A stretch of 64,000 nt of DNA from an uncultured Lachnospiraceae bacterium. GTDB taxonomy: Bacteria > Bacillota > Clostridia > Lachnospirales > Lachnospiraceae. The notes under the pieces were generated by a model, which saw nothing but the letters and a program-made list of their open reading frames with translations, made no database searches and was not told where the DNA came from. The position numbers and the translations under genes were made by a program. Shown here one piece after another: positions 27,085 through 34,701 of this stretch (position 1 is the stretch's first letter; every line of letters starts with the position of its first letter). The stretch covers positions 77,613-141,612 of the forward strand of contig CANOMQ010000001.1 of the NCBI GenBank assembly GCA_947567595.1. The letters run 5' to 3'.

Positions 27085-27966
27085 ATGAACAGTGTGCAGT
27101 GGAACGACCGGTTTAATATCGGTGTGGAGATTGTGGACAAGGCACATCAGCGACTCTTTTCGATTGTCAGCAAGATGATTGCGCTCAATGAGGATGAAAG
27201 CAAGCGCGCACATGCCTGTCGGGAAACGATTAAGTATTTTAAGAACTATACGGTGAAGCACTTTTCGGAGGAAGAGGCGTATATGCGCTCCATCGGCTAT
27301 GAAAAGTACGAAATACATAAGGCTTTGCATGACGATTTACGGGATAAGACCATTCCTGCACTGGAGATGGAGCTTGAGGAACAGTGTTATTCGGAGGAAG
27401 CGGTACAACACTTCCTTGGAATTTGTCTTGGGTGGCTGAGCGGGCATATTATGATGACGGACCGTGCGATTACGGGACGGATTAGCGACCGATGGTATAT
27501 TAATCCCAAGCAGGAGGAGCTGATGGCGCTGGAGGACGCGATTGAACGTGTCGTAAAGGAAATGCTTGGCATTACGCCGCGTCTTGTGAGCGGGCATTAT
27601 GGCGGTGAGGATTTTGGAAAAGCGATTTTTATCCGTCTTTCGTACCGTGATGAGCAGGGTGCCCGCGTACGGGTGTATATGGCGTTTGAGGAGCGGATGG
27701 TGCTGCAGACGTTTGGCGAACTGCTTGGGAAGAAGCTTGTGCGTGTGGATAAGACGGTGGTTTTTGCGGTCAATCAGCTTGTACAGATGATGGTAAAGCG
27801 TATGCATTTTAACTTTCAGCATTTGGGCGCATTTCAGCTTGAGAAGGAAAACGTGCTAAGCTATGAACTGCTTGTCAAGGAGTTCGATAAGGTGCCGCTT
27901 TGTTACAGTCTGTTGTATGACGGGGAAGGAAAGGGATATTTTGTGTTTGCAGCGGCAAAAGTGTAG
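27085..27966 (+). CDS. Hemerythrin-like (HHE cation-binding) domain protein with a CheX/CheC-like C-terminal domain
   Basis: The N-terminus WNDRFNIGVEIVDKAHQRLF ... HFSEEEAYM ... HKALHDDL matches bacteriohemerythrin patterns. The C-terminal region of about 150 aa (AIERVVKEMLGITP...VRVYMAFEERMVLQTFGELLG...AVNQLVQMM) resembles CheX as I recall it. The start at 27085 has a GGAGGG RBS. Confidence 0.65.
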   Translation: MNSVQWNDRFNIGVEIVDKAHQRLFSIVSKMIALNEDESKRAHACRETIKYFKNYTVKHFSEEEAYMRSIGYEKYEIHKALHDDLRDKTIPALEMELEEQCYSEEAVQHFLGICLGWLSGHIMMTDRAITGRISDRWYINPKQEELMALEDAIERVVKEMLGITPRLVSGHYGGEDFGKAIFIRLSYRDEQGARVRVYMAFEERMVLQTFGELLGKKLVRVDKTVVFAVNQLVQMMVKRMHFNFQHLGAFQLEKENVLSYELLVKEFDKVPLCYSLLYDGEGKGYFVFAAAKV

Positions 27967-28008
27967 GCAGTTATATTGTGTTAATATTTTGATAATTGCC
28001 TTGTACGC

Positions 28009-28037
28009 TTGCAATACGGGAATGCTTTCGATATAAT
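28009..28037 (+). promoter_or_regulatory. SigA-type promoter for the stand-alone Hpt gene
   Basis: TTGCAA (28009-28014), 17-nt spacer, TATAAT (28032-28037). Confidence 0.55.
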
Positions 28038-28117
28038 AGTAATATACGGGAATTTTTGGCAATTTTTTAAGAAGGGAATATTGCCGCAAGCGTTGCGTAT
28101 ATGGAAAGGAAAAGACA

Positions 28118-28489
28118 ATGAGCGAGCTTTTAAAACAGAAATTAAAGGAAAACGGAGCGGATGTGGAAGGGACGCTGCACCGCTTTATGAACAATGACGC
28201 GTTGTTTTTAAAATTTATCCGGAAATTTAAGGATGATCAGAATTACGCGATTTTAAAGAAGCATTTGGATGAGAAGAATTATGAAGAGGCGTTTAAGGCG
28301 GCGCATACGCTTAAGGGCGTGAGTGCAAATTTGGGGCTGAATCCGATTTTCGACCGTGCGTCTGCGGTGACGGAACTTCTTCGGGGCAAGGAGCCTTCAG
28401 AGGTGGATGTCGCAAAGGTGGAGGAAGAGAAGAATGCGCTTGAGGAGGCGTATAAGCGATTCCTTCAGATTATCGAGGAAAATGCATAA
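28118..28489 (+). CDS. Stand-alone histidine phosphotransfer (Hpt) protein
   Basis: 123 aa, all-helical. AHTLKGVSANLGL contains the HxxKG phospho-His motif. It has its own promoter and terminator. Confidence 0.85.
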   Translation: MSELLKQKLKENGADVEGTLHRFMNNDALFLKFIRKFKDDQNYAILKKHLDEKNYEEAFKAAHTLKGVSANLGLNPIFDRASAVTELLRGKEPSEVDVAKVEEEKNALEEAYKRFLQIIEENA

Positions 28490-28518
28490 TGCCCATGATT
28501 GTGAACAAATAGAAAAAA

Positions 28519-28551
28519 GGTGCCATGCGTCTTTTGCATAGCGCCTTTTTT
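28519..28551 (+). terminator. Rho-independent terminator after the Hpt gene
   Basis: Stem GGTGCCATGC (28519-28528) / GCATAGCGCC (28536-28545): 10 positions with one G-U wobble and one mismatch. 7-nt loop, then TTTTTT. An A-run lies upstream. Confidence 0.65.
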
Positions 28552-28656
28552 GACGTATGTTCGTTTTGGTTTATCGAAATTTAACGAAATATGTACTGTA
28601 TAGGAACTGTACAATTTGGGAAAAATGGTATAAAATGGCGGAGTGGAGAAAAAACA

Positions 28657-30255
28657 GTGAAAGAACGGTTTGTACGGTTTTGGAAACGTCTGCCGGAGTG
28701 GTTTACGGCGGGCGTGGCATTTGTGTATTATTGGATGATGGCGCTATATAAGCTGACACAGGCGCCAATTTGGCAGGACGAGGCGATGGAATTTTACTGT
28801 TCCCTTCCTGTCAGGGGACCGATTGAGGGCGTGACGAAGCTTTCGTCAATGTATGAGCGGATGGCGTATATCCAGCAGCAGCCGCCTTTATACAACTGGG
28901 TGATGTGTTTGTGGCTTCAGGTGAGTGAGGGCGAATGGTGGTATCGGTTTTCAAGCGCGGTATGTGGCTTTGGCGCCATGATTGGGCTATATTTTATTAT
29001 AAGAAGGCTTTGTGACCGCTATATGGCGGCTTTTTGTGTTGTAATTTGTTCGAGTATTTATATTTGGATGTATTATATCAAGGAAGCATCAGAGTATGCG
29101 ATGCTTGTAATGATCTTACTGTGGCTGATTTATGTGCTGGTGCTAATCTGCGAGGAACTGAATGTACGGCGGCTGATTGTGTTTACGGTGTTGTGTGTAG
29201 CAGCAATGTATACGCATTATGGGGCGGTGTTTGTGGTTGTCCCGATGGCGGTTTGTGTGCTATTGATTGCGTTTAAGAGGAAAGATTACAAGTGTTTTCG
29301 AATTGGAATTGGTTCTTTTGTGGCGGCGGGGATTGCAGGAGGGCTGCCGCTTTTGCTCTTTTTTGTCATTCCACAGTCAACCAATCAGGTTTCTACGTTA
29401 TTTTCGGAACGGGATATTATAATAGAACGAGGGAACATTTTTGGCGATTTCTGCTATAGTATAACAAGTGTCTTTAAATGGTGCCTGATTGACATTGACA
29501 GGGATACGCAGAAGCTGAACACGCTTTTGAATGTTCTTTTTATAATACTGGTGGCGGTTTTATTTTATGTGGCGCTTCGGACAAAGCGTTTTTTCATAAA
29601 GGTGTTCTTTTGGTGTAATGTGGCGGTTTTCATGATTTACTATGTTGTCACGAAGCTGAATTTGTATGCGTACGGATGGTACGGGAACCGTTATAATATG
29701 TTTATTTTCCCTCTGTGGCTGGTGCTTGTCATGGTGTCTTTGTATGAGCTTGTGCGGCTGCTTGGGGCGCATAGAAATGTGGTGGTTTCGCGGTTTTCCG
29801 GCGTTGTGGGGCTTTGCCTTGTGCTTGGGGGGCTGCTGTATTGTCTGTACGGGGATTACCGGATTAGCAATCATTGGTGGAAAATGGACTTGCGGACGGT
29901 GGTTCGGGAATGGTATGATTTGGAAGGGTACAATACGCCGACCATTTTGGACTTTCATCAGCGGTATGCGTTTGTGTATTATTTTACGCATGACGGGCGT
30001 TATGATGAGACGCAGTGGGAAAACATTGTGTATAATGACGAGATTGAGACGTATTCGCATAACCGTTCGGAGCCGTTTCAGGAATTTATCTGTAAGGCTT
30101 ATGATGATGATTTGCCCGACGAGGTTTATCTTGTGACAGGGCAGTGGAATGCGTTTTGTAAGGCGTTTGAGCATTTGGGATACAGGGTGGAGCCGGTGGT
30201 TGACACGACCGCGAAGCTTTACCGTGCGGTGAAGGATGAGGAAATGGCGCAATGA
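28657..30255 (+). CDS. GT-C-fold (ArnT/PMT-like) polytopic membrane glycosyltransferase candidate
   Basis: After TM1 comes LTQAPIWQDEAMEFY, a first-loop D-E motif like those of GT39/GT83 enzymes. About 11 TM segments are followed by a C-terminal soluble domain of about 150 aa. GTG at 28657 has GGAG 8 nt upstream. The ORF-track ATG is at 28591. Confidence 0.6.
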   Translation: MKERFVRFWKRLPEWFTAGVAFVYYWMMALYKLTQAPIWQDEAMEFYCSLPVRGPIEGVTKLSSMYERMAYIQQQPPLYNWVMCLWLQVSEGEWWYRFSSAVCGFGAMIGLYFIIRRLCDRYMAAFCVVICSSIYIWMYYIKEASEYAMLVMILLWLIYVLVLICEELNVRRLIVFTVLCVAAMYTHYGAVFVVVPMAVCVLLIAFKRKDYKCFRIGIGSFVAAGIAGGLPLLLFFVIPQSTNQVSTLFSERDIIIERGNIFGDFCYSITSVFKWCLIDIDRDTQKLNTLLNVLFIILVAVLFYVALRTKRFFIKVFFWCNVAVFMIYYVVTKLNLYAYGWYGNRYNMFIFPLWLVLVMVSLYELVRLLGAHRNVVVSRFSGVVGLCLVLGGLLYCLYGDYRISNHWWKMDLRTVVREWYDLEGYNTPTILDFHQRYAFVYYFTHDGRYDETQWENIVYNDEIETYSHNRSEPFQEFICKAYDDDLPDEVYLVTGQWNAFCKAFEHLGYRVEPVVDTTAKLYRAVKDEEMAQ

Positions 30256-31157
30256 TTATTATTCATGTGATGGGCGGACTTGGCAATCAGCTTTACCAAT
30301 ATGCGCTATCGGAGAAGCTTCGGCAGCTTGGGAAGACGGTTAAGCTTGACTTTTATGCATACAGGCAGGCACAGGGGGACGACAGAGAATGGCGTGCGTT
30401 GGAGCTGGAGCGTCTTGAGGGCTTGACGTATGAGGCGTGTACCATGCGGGAGCGCACGTTGTTTTTGGATAACAGCATGAAGCTTACCGACCGTGTGCGC
30501 AGGAAGCTTACGGGGCGCAGGGACAGGACGGTTGCAGAGACAAGAGATTACATGCCGGAAATTTTTGCGATGGACGATGTGTATCTGTATGGCTTTTGGG
30601 GCTGTGAGAGATACTATAAGGATATTACGGGGCTTTTGCAGCAGACAATCCGGTTTCCCAAAAGCAGGAATTTGGCAAATATTGAGACGCTTGAAACGAT
30701 GGCGCATGAGAATGCGGTGAGTGTGCATATCCGGCGCAAGGATTACCTGACGGTGGCGGACGGGGCGCGTTATATGGGGATTTGTACGGACGCTTATTAT
30801 CAGGGGGCGTTTGACTATATCCGCGCGCGTGTGGACAAGCCGGTGTTTTATGTTTTTTCCGATGATGCGGCGTACGTGAGGGCGCATTTTGGCGGGGAGG
30901 ATTTTCGGATTGTGGACTGGAATACGGGGGAGGACAGCTTATATGACATGGAGCTTATGAGCCATTGTAAGCATAATATCTGTGCGAACAGTACCTTTAG
31001 TATTTGGGGGGCACGGCTTAATCCGAATCAGGACAAGATTATGGTACGCCCCTTGCACCATGATAATTACGAGACATCATCGCCAGAGGAGGTTCATGAA
31101 AACTGGGAAGACTGGGTGCTCTTGAACGCAGCAGGAGAGACGGTTTATGGAGAATGA
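30252..31157 (+). CDS. Glycosyltransferase family 11 (alpha-1,2-fucosyltransferase-like)
   Basis: MGGLGNQLYQYA, HIRRKDY and CANSTFSIWGARL are the three GT11 signature motifs. ATGA overlap with the upstream stop. Confidence 0.88.
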   Translation: MIIIHVMGGLGNQLYQYALSEKLRQLGKTVKLDFYAYRQAQGDDREWRALELERLEGLTYEACTMRERTLFLDNSMKLTDRVRRKLTGRRDRTVAETRDYMPEIFAMDDVYLYGFWGCERYYKDITGLLQQTIRFPKSRNLANIETLETMAHENAVSVHIRRKDYLTVADGARYMGICTDAYYQGAFDYIRARVDKPVFYVFSDDAAYVRAHFGGEDFRIVDWNTGEDSLYDMELMSHCKHNICANSTFSIWGARLNPNQDKIMVRPLHHDNYETSSPEEVHENWEDWVLLNAAGETVYGE

Positions 31158-32175
31158 ATTAATTTCGGTGATTGTGCCGGTGTACAATATGGAACAGTAT
31201 TTGGAGCGGTGCGTGCGGTCTGTTTTGGGACAGAGTTATCAAAATCTTGAGGTTATTCTTGTGGATGACGGCTCGACGGACGCGTCGCCTGCGATGTGTG
31301 ACGCGTATGCCAGGGAGGACGCGCGTGTGAAGGTCATTCACAAGGAAAACGGCGGGCTTTCCGACGCGCGGAATGCGGGGCTTGCGGTGGCGACGGGGGC
31401 ATTTATCGGGTATGTTGACAGTGACGACTGGATTGAACCGGATATGTATGAGCGCATGTATCGGGCGTGTGTGGACGAAAATGCGCAGCTTTGCGTGTGT
31501 CGGTATTTCAGCGAGTATGCAAATAGGACTTTAGGCGGCGGTGACGGGGCGTGCGTGGCGCTTACGAGGGAGGAGCTTCTTCGGATTTATATTGGCGGTC
31601 ATGCGCAGTATGTGATTTATAATTCGGTGTGGAGCAAGCTGTTCCGGCGCAGTCTTGTGGATGGTGTAATGTTTCCCAAAGGGCGCAATTCGGAGGATAT
31701 TACGTATACGACGAAGGCTTTTTGCAGGCTTGATAAGGCGGTATATTTGGACAGGTGTCTTTACCATTATGTGCTTGACCGGGAAGGCAGCATTATGAAT
31801 GTGTTGAGGGGGGAACGTATGTTTAAGGACGAGCTGCCGTTTTGGCGGGAGCATATCGGGCTTATTCGGACGCAGGTCTCGGAGGAATTGGGGGATTTTG
31901 CGGAGTACCATTTTTGGAGACGGTTGTTATTTTATTATATTGATTTTTGGAATGCGTTTCGGGCGGGGGATATGGCTGCGCGGGAATATGCGCGGCGGAT
32001 TGTAAAGGAAGTTCGGGACGATTGTAAGGAGATTGGGCGCGTTTATAAAGGCGTGGCTTCGCGCGGGGACAGGGTGCGTATGCGGTTGTTTTTGGTAAGC
32101 CCAAGGCTTTATGCGGCGGTTGTTGGTTTGTATGAAAAATATGTAATACCATTGAGGAGTTCGAATGCTGTTTAA
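31147..32175 (+). CDS. Glycosyltransferase family 2
   Basis: ISVIVPVYNMEQYLERCVRSVLGQSYQNLEVILVDDGSTD. DxD-type motif YVDSDDW. Confidence 0.9.
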   Translation: MENELISVIVPVYNMEQYLERCVRSVLGQSYQNLEVILVDDGSTDASPAMCDAYAREDARVKVIHKENGGLSDARNAGLAVATGAFIGYVDSDDWIEPDMYERMYRACVDENAQLCVCRYFSEYANRTLGGGDGACVALTREELLRIYIGGHAQYVIYNSVWSKLFRRSLVDGVMFPKGRNSEDITYTTKAFCRLDKAVYLDRCLYHYVLDREGSIMNVLRGERMFKDELPFWREHIGLIRTQVSEELGDFAEYHFWRRLLFYYIDFWNAFRAGDMAAREYARRIVKEVRDDCKEIGRVYKGVASRGDRVRMRLFLVSPRLYAAVVGLYEKYVIPLRSSNAV

Positions 32176-33628
32176 TTCTTATATCTTTGTATTTGTTTTT
32201 TTTCCGCTGGTGGTTTTGGGGTATTATGGCTTTCACCATTGGAAGAAGCCGAAGATGGCGCTTGGGTATCTGCTTTTGATGTCCATGCTGTTTTATGGCT
32301 ACAATAGCATAGCGTATTTGTTTATTCTGATGATGAGCATTGTCGCAAATTATGCGTTGGTCGAGCTGCTTGACCGTACGGATAAGGCGGCGTTGCGTAA
32401 ATTACTGCTTGCGGCGGGGCTTGGGGTTAATCTTGGGATTTTGTTTTATTATAAGTACTATGATTTCTTTATTGAGAATGTCAACAAGTGGCTGAAAACG
32501 GATTTTGCCTTTTTACAGCTTATGCTGCCGCTTGGGATTAGCTTTTATACGTTCCAGCAGCTTTCCTATGTCATTGACGCGTATCGGGGGGAGTGTGAGA
32601 AGTATGGTTTTTTGGAGTATGCTTCGTATGTGGCTTTTTTCCCGCAGTTGATTGCGGGACCGATTGTGTATCATGATGAGTTGATACCGCAGCTTCGGGA
32701 TGAGAGAAATCATAAGGTGAATTTTGAGAATTTGGGGAAGGGGCTGTATGCGTTTTCGCTGGGGCTTGCGAAGAAGGTGCTGATTGCGGATACGCTTTCG
32801 AAGATTGTGACGCCTGCATATGCGGATCTTCGGTATATATATACCGTGTCGGTCATAATCGTAACAATCTGTTATTCGCTGCAGATTTATTTTGATTTCA
32901 GCGGCTATTGTGATATGGCATATGGGATTGGGTATCTGTTTAATGTAAAGCTGCCTGTGAATTTCAATTCTCCGTATAAAGCAGTTTCGGTTACGGATTT
33001 TTGGGATCGGTGGCATATGACGCTTACGCGTTTTTTTACCAAGTATGTATATATTCCGCTTGGCGGCAGCAGGAAGGGAACGATACGCACATATTTGAAT
33101 ATTTTGATTGTATTTTTTGTGAGCGGCGTTTGGCATGGCGCAAACTGGACATTTATTTTATGGGGCATATTAAACGGCATAGCAAATGTAATTGATAAGA
33201 TAGCAGGGCGTTTTTTGGAGTGGATTCCCAAAATTATCAGAAGAATAGGGATATTCATACTTGCCACGTTTGCGTGGGCGCTGTTTCGCTGCAGCTCCAT
33301 GTCTCAGGCAAGAAGGCTATGGAGTCATTTGAAGGAATTTGAGGGAGGCGAGATTAATCAGACGCTTCTTGACACATTCAACCACTTGCTGGAGGTACGC
33401 ATACTGTATCGCTTGGGATTTGGCGGACTGATTGACCGTTTTCCGCTTCTTCCGCTTGCGGCGTTTATGCTGGTGCTCATTCTTGCATGTTTTTTCCTGA
33501 AAAATACACAGGAGAAGGTAGAGGACGGGCGTTATGGAAAATGGCGTTTTTTTGTGACTATCGGGCTGCTGTTTTGGAGCATTATGTCGCTTTCCGATGT
33601 GAGTGAGTTCTTGTATTTTAACTTTTAG
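32165..33628 (+). CDS. MBOAT-family membrane O-acyltransferase (AlgI/DltB-like)
   Basis: MLFNSYIFVFVFFPLV N-terminus. FWDRWHMTLTRFF. IPLGGSRKG. SGVWHGANW carries the conserved His. Confidence 0.9.
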   Translation: MLFNSYIFVFVFFPLVVLGYYGFHHWKKPKMALGYLLLMSMLFYGYNSIAYLFILMMSIVANYALVELLDRTDKAALRKLLLAAGLGVNLGILFYYKYYDFFIENVNKWLKTDFAFLQLMLPLGISFYTFQQLSYVIDAYRGECEKYGFLEYASYVAFFPQLIAGPIVYHDELIPQLRDERNHKVNFENLGKGLYAFSLGLAKKVLIADTLSKIVTPAYADLRYIYTVSVIIVTICYSLQIYFDFSGYCDMAYGIGYLFNVKLPVNFNSPYKAVSVTDFWDRWHMTLTRFFTKYVYIPLGGSRKGTIRTYLNILIVFFVSGVWHGANWTFILWGILNGIANVIDKIAGRFLEWIPKIIRRIGIFILATFAWALFRCSSMSQARRLWSHLKEFEGGEINQTLLDTFNHLLEVRILYRLGFGGLIDRFPLLPLAAFMLVLILACFFLKNTQEKVEDGRYGKWRFFVTIGLLFWSIMSLSDVSEFLYFNF

Positions 33629-33651
33629 ATTGTCTGTAAGGAGGGAGCGGA

Positions 33652-34701
33652 ATGCGTAAGTGGGCTATCGGATGTCTGATGACGATAATAGCGATAACAC
33701 TTGTTATAATTGCGACGGTGTGGATTATTGATCCGTATTTCCATTTTCACAAGCCGTTTTCGTTTGTTTCATATCGTCTTTATGACGAGCGTTATACCAA
33801 TGATGGCATATCGAGACATTTTGATTATGACACGATTATTACGGGAACCTCTATGGCACAGAATTTTAAGCCGAGTGAGGCGGATCAAATATTTGGAGTA
33901 AAATCCGTGAAGGAAACGTTTTCGGGGGCGGGGTTTAAGGAGCTGTCGGAAAATCTTGACAGGGCGCTTCGGAGAAATGAGAATTTAAAAACAATCATTT
34001 GGTCAGTGGATTTCAATGCGCTTATCCGTGATAAGGATTATGATATATATGACGGTTATCCTGAGTATTTATATGATGATAATCTGTTCAATGACGTGTG
34101 TTATGTTTTTAACAAGGAGATTTGGTATGAGGGCGTTATTCCGAATTTGGTGATGACGCTTACGGGACAGGAGCGCACGACGCTTGACGCGTACTCCGCG
34201 TGGGACAAGGAGCTTGGCTATGAGCATGTCATGTCAGGCTACGACCGCTGGGAGGAGCGCGCCGAAATGCGCCCGGGACTAAGCGCGGAGGAGGAAACGA
34301 TGGTGGAGGAGAATATCCGCCAAAATATCGTGGAGCTTGCCAACCGCTATCCGAATACAACATTTTACCTGTTTTACACACCGTACAGTATTTGCTGGTG
34401 GGATTATCTCAATCAGGAGGGACTTATGCTTCAGCAGTTTGAGGCGGAGCGCATTGCGACAAGCCTGCTTTTGGAATGCCCGAATATCCGGCTTTATAAT
34501 TTTAACAACCGCTATGATTTGATTTTGGATTTTGACAATTACAGGGACAAGGAGCACTACGGGGCGCATGTCAATTCATGGATTTTGCAGTGGATTGCGG
34601 ACGGCGAGGGGCTTGTGACATTGGACAACTATGAGGAGCTGTTAGAGCAGGAACGGCAATATTTCTTAAACTACGACTATGAGGAGATTTTTAATGAATA
34701 A
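33652..34701 (+). CDS. Membrane-anchored extracytoplasmic partner of the MBOAT (DltD/AlgJ-like, SGNH-like fold)
   Basis: Single N-terminal TM. IITGTSMAQN is a candidate nucleophile block. DKEHY is a DxxH-like block near the C-terminus. Its position directly after the MBOAT gene mirrors dltB-dltD and algI-algJ pairs. Confidence 0.55.
   Translation: MRKWAIGCLMTIIAITLVIIATVWIIDPYFHFHKPFSFVSYRLYDERYTNDGISRHFDYDTIITGTSMAQNFKPSEADQIFGVKSVKETFSGAGFKELSENLDRALRRNENLKTIIWSVDFNALIRDKDYDIYDGYPEYLYDDNLFNDVCYVFNKEIWYEGVIPNLVMTLTGQERTTLDAYSAWDKELGYEHVMSGYDRWEERAEMRPGLSAEEETMVEENIRQNIVELANRYPNTTFYLFYTPYSICWWDYLNQEGLMLQQFEAERIATSLLLECPNIRLYNFNNRYDLILDFDNYRDKEHYGAHVNSWILQWIADGEGLVTLDNYEELLEQERQYFLNYDYEEIFNE

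Noticed and set aside
27967-28008. Imperfect inverted repeat GGCAGTTAT...ATAATTGCC after the hemerythrin-domain gene, considered as a terminator.
   Set aside because: The stem has only 9 positions including a G-U pair, the loop is about 17 nt, and no U-tract follows. The evidence is too weak to call a terminator.
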